Shown here in pieces: positions 61,803 to 64,000 of a stretch of DNA of 64,000 nt. The DNA comes from an uncultured delta proteobacterium. Its GTDB lineage: Bacteria > Desulfobacterota > RBG-13-43-22. The first letter of the stretch is position 1. Each line of letters starts with the position of its first letter. The stretch covers positions 128,001 to 192,000 of the forward strand of contig CAWJJC010000027.1 of NCBI GenBank assembly GCA_963843145.1, in the 5' to 3' direction. The translations under genes were made by a program, and so were the position numbers. The notes beneath the pieces are model-generated. The model was not told where the DNA came from and did not search any database. It was given only the letters and a program-made list of their open reading frames with translations.

Positions 61803-62787
61803 ATGGATAAAAAGTCATACGAGGATTTAGAAATATTCACCATTCAATTTCCTAACGTTCTGATCGGCCACGCTTCCTATCCGGACGGACCTACCGGTTG
61901 CACCGTGATCCTATGCCCGGAGGGGGCGGTGGCCGGGATGGATGTTCGGGGTTCGGCCTCCGGAACCCGGCAGACTGACTCCCTCGCCGCCCTCCACCGG
62001 GTACCCCACATTCATGGGATCTTATTGGCCGGGGGAAGTTCCTTCGGTCTGGATGCCAGCGGCGGGGTGCTGCAATATCTGGAAGAGACGGCGCATCGGG
62101 TTTGACGTAACGGTAACCCGGGTGCCCATCGTGCCTTCCGCGATTCTTTTCGACCTGGCCTTCGGCAATCCGGCCGTTCGGCCGGACAAGGCCCTGGGGT
62201 ATCAGGCTTGCCTGAACGCCTCGGCCGGTACAGTAGAGGAAGGGAGTGTCGGGGCTGGGACCGGGGCTACCATCGGGAAGCTGTTCAGCGTCCTCCAGGC
62301 CACCAAAGGCGGCCTGGGCTATGCCTCCACCACCCTGGAAAACGGGCTGACGATCGCCGCCCTGGTGGTGGTCAACGCCTTCGGCGATGTGCGGGATCTC
62401 GAGGGAAACATCCTGGCTGGGGCTCGCACCGGCCCCCAGGACACCACCTTTGCCGACACCTGGGCCTGCATGAAACAGGGAATCCAGCCCAAACAATTCG
62501 TGGTTCAGAACACCACCCTGGGCGTGATCCTGACCAACGCCCGCCTGGATAAGGCCGATGCCCGCAAACTGGCCCAGTTGGGCCAGAACGCCCTGGCCCG
62601 GGTGATCGCCCCCGTACATACCCTCTACGACGGGGACATCGTCTTCGCCCTATCCGTGGGGCCGGTCGAAGCCGGTCTGATGCAGGTGGCCATCGTGGCC
62701 CAGGAGATGCTCCAGGAAGCGATCATCCGGGCGGTTAAAGCCGCCGACGGCCTGGGTCGCCTCCCGGCCTGGCGGGATTTGCAGTAA
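61803..62787 (+). CDS. P1/S58 (DmpA-like) peptidase (frameshift near 62090)
   Basis: IGHA...TGCTVIL, DVRG.A.GTR.TD, GGSSFGL; VPIVPSAILFDL, GSVGAGTGA, NTTLG, HT.YDGD.VFAL. Confidence 0.88.
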
Positions 62788-62906
62788 TCCACCCTTTTGT
62801 GCTCCTCAGGGCTTTGACAATACCTCCTGCACCTTAACCAGCCAATAATCCATCTCCGCCTCTCGGAGAGGGAGTCAGAGGCGTGATCACCCATTCCGTT
62901 GCAGAA

Positions 62907-64000
62907 TCACTGAAGGTCTGTAAACGATTGGGGATGGAGTTCCAGGTACCGGGATAACAATTCACGCATCATAGCCGAAGAATCAGGTTCGGGAGCAAAT
63001 ACCTCCCGTGCCCCATCCAAAGGATTCATCTTGCCACCATACATTGCTCGGGCTAATCGGGTACATTTGGATATATGCCGACCCACTTGATGGGACTGTA
63101 TCCTTTGGGTGTAATCACGAAAAGAAAAATCACTGGTTTGAAATGAATCGATAATCGCTTGGGCGGCCACCTCCCCATAAGATAGCGATAGATGGATTCC
63201 TCCTCCAAAGGCAGGCTCAATTCCTGCAGCGTCTCCCACCAGGATCACATTGGGCTTTGACAGGATGTCATCTTCCGAATGCCAGGGAATGGGGTGACTG
63301 GACCAGGTTTCGGGACCCCGATGAATATTCAGTCTTTCTAATTCACGGCCGAATATCTTCTTCATGTCTGCCCTAGGTCTATGGGGCCATACCCGGAAAT
63401 CAACAATGCCATGGGCGATGGAAGGGGCCTTACCCTTTAAGCAAGGCACGTGCCAAACATAGCCTTGCAGGCCCTCATCTATAGGCGAGAGATCAACAAC
63501 CGCCTTCTTTCCATTGAATTCGTCATCATAACGGGAATCGACCGCAGCGAATATCTGAAGTGTAGGCGCAAGATGGTGTTTCCGAGATGAGATCATCTTC
63601 TTGCGAACTGCGCTGAAAGCTCCATCCGCACCAACGAGGGCTTGGACGGCATATTTCCCCTTATTGGTTGTTACAATCAGCTTTTTCCGGGTCCGAAGAA
63701 TATCGATAAGCATTTCGTCTTCATGTAACTCAAGACCTCGATTCACCGCTGCTCTTGCCAGGGCATGATCAAAGTCCACACGCTGCACGATTCGAAAATA
63801 ATTGTTGTGGTGAAGACGATCAATCTCTTGCCCAAATCTGAACTCGAGACCAGAAACATACAGGGATGGAACATTGAGGTCCACCCTCAGGTTAGCCAGC
63901 ACATCTGCAGCCCAAATACACACGCCTCCCCCACACAACTTGTCGCGTGGGAAAACGGCTTTTTCTAAAACAATTGAACGGCGAGCCAATTGCGGGACCA
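62907..64000 (-). CDS. Geranylgeranyl-reductase-family FAD-dependent oxidoreductase (5' end outside window)
   Basis: LEKAVFPRDKLCGGG, R.DFDHAL, VGADGAFS.VR, LVGDAAG..P..GGGI. Confidence 0.88.
   Translation of the reverse strand, partial: VPQLARRSIVLEKAVFPRDKLCGGGVCIWAADVLANLRVDLNVPSLYVSGLEFRFGQEIDRLHHNNYFRIVQRVDFDHALARAAVNRGLELHEDEMLIDILRTRKKLIVTTNKGKYAVQALVGADGAFSAVRKKMISSRKHHLAPTLQIFAAVDSRYDDEFNGKKAVVDLSPIDEGLQGYVWHVPCLKGKAPSIAHGIVDFRVWPHRPRADMKKIFGRELERLNIHRGPETWSSHPIPWHSEDDILSKPNVILVGDAAGIEPAFGGGIHLSLSYGEVAAQAIIDSFQTSDFSFRDYTQRIQSHQVGRHISKCTRLARAMYGGKMNPLDGAREVFAPEPDSSAMMRELLSRYLELHPQSFTDLQ

Overview
64 kb of a moderately GC-rich diderm bacterium (lptG present). Gene content suggests Desulfobacterota/Deltaproteobacteria, which is an inference. 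1-10.5 kb: an island of co-oriented secreted-protein genes (FG-GAP repeat, three paralogous GGAI beta-helix/choice-of-anchor-Q-like proteins, a 10-repeat TolB/PD40-like propeller, a Cys-conserved paralog pair, two collapsed mini-genes). Eight of these reading frames end in the same short tail [YFH]-L-P-L-[IM]-x-[KR] with no TM anchor. This candidate protein-sorting/assembly signal is the most interesting observation here. 10.7-14.5 kb: toxin-antitoxin modules, a Grx-TrxR fusion and MgtC. 14.6-26.6 kb: a type I-C CRISPR-Cas locus (14 repeats, 13 oddly palindrome-rich spacers) interrupted by BRO-N and four-helix-bundle genes and preceded by tandem ORF6N genes with a duplicated cas3 5' end. 27-64 kb: mostly core and metabolic genes (acyl-CoA ligases, two LIV-type ABC systems, der, amgK/murU-like, lon, larC, greA, sigma-54 two-component system, dGTPase, lptG, aconitase, P1 peptidase). 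Several REP/MITE-like families are scattered throughout, including short-period inverted-repeat elements, one carrying a four-helix-bundle gene remnant. Many genes have single-base frameshifts, most simply explained as long-read assembly errors.
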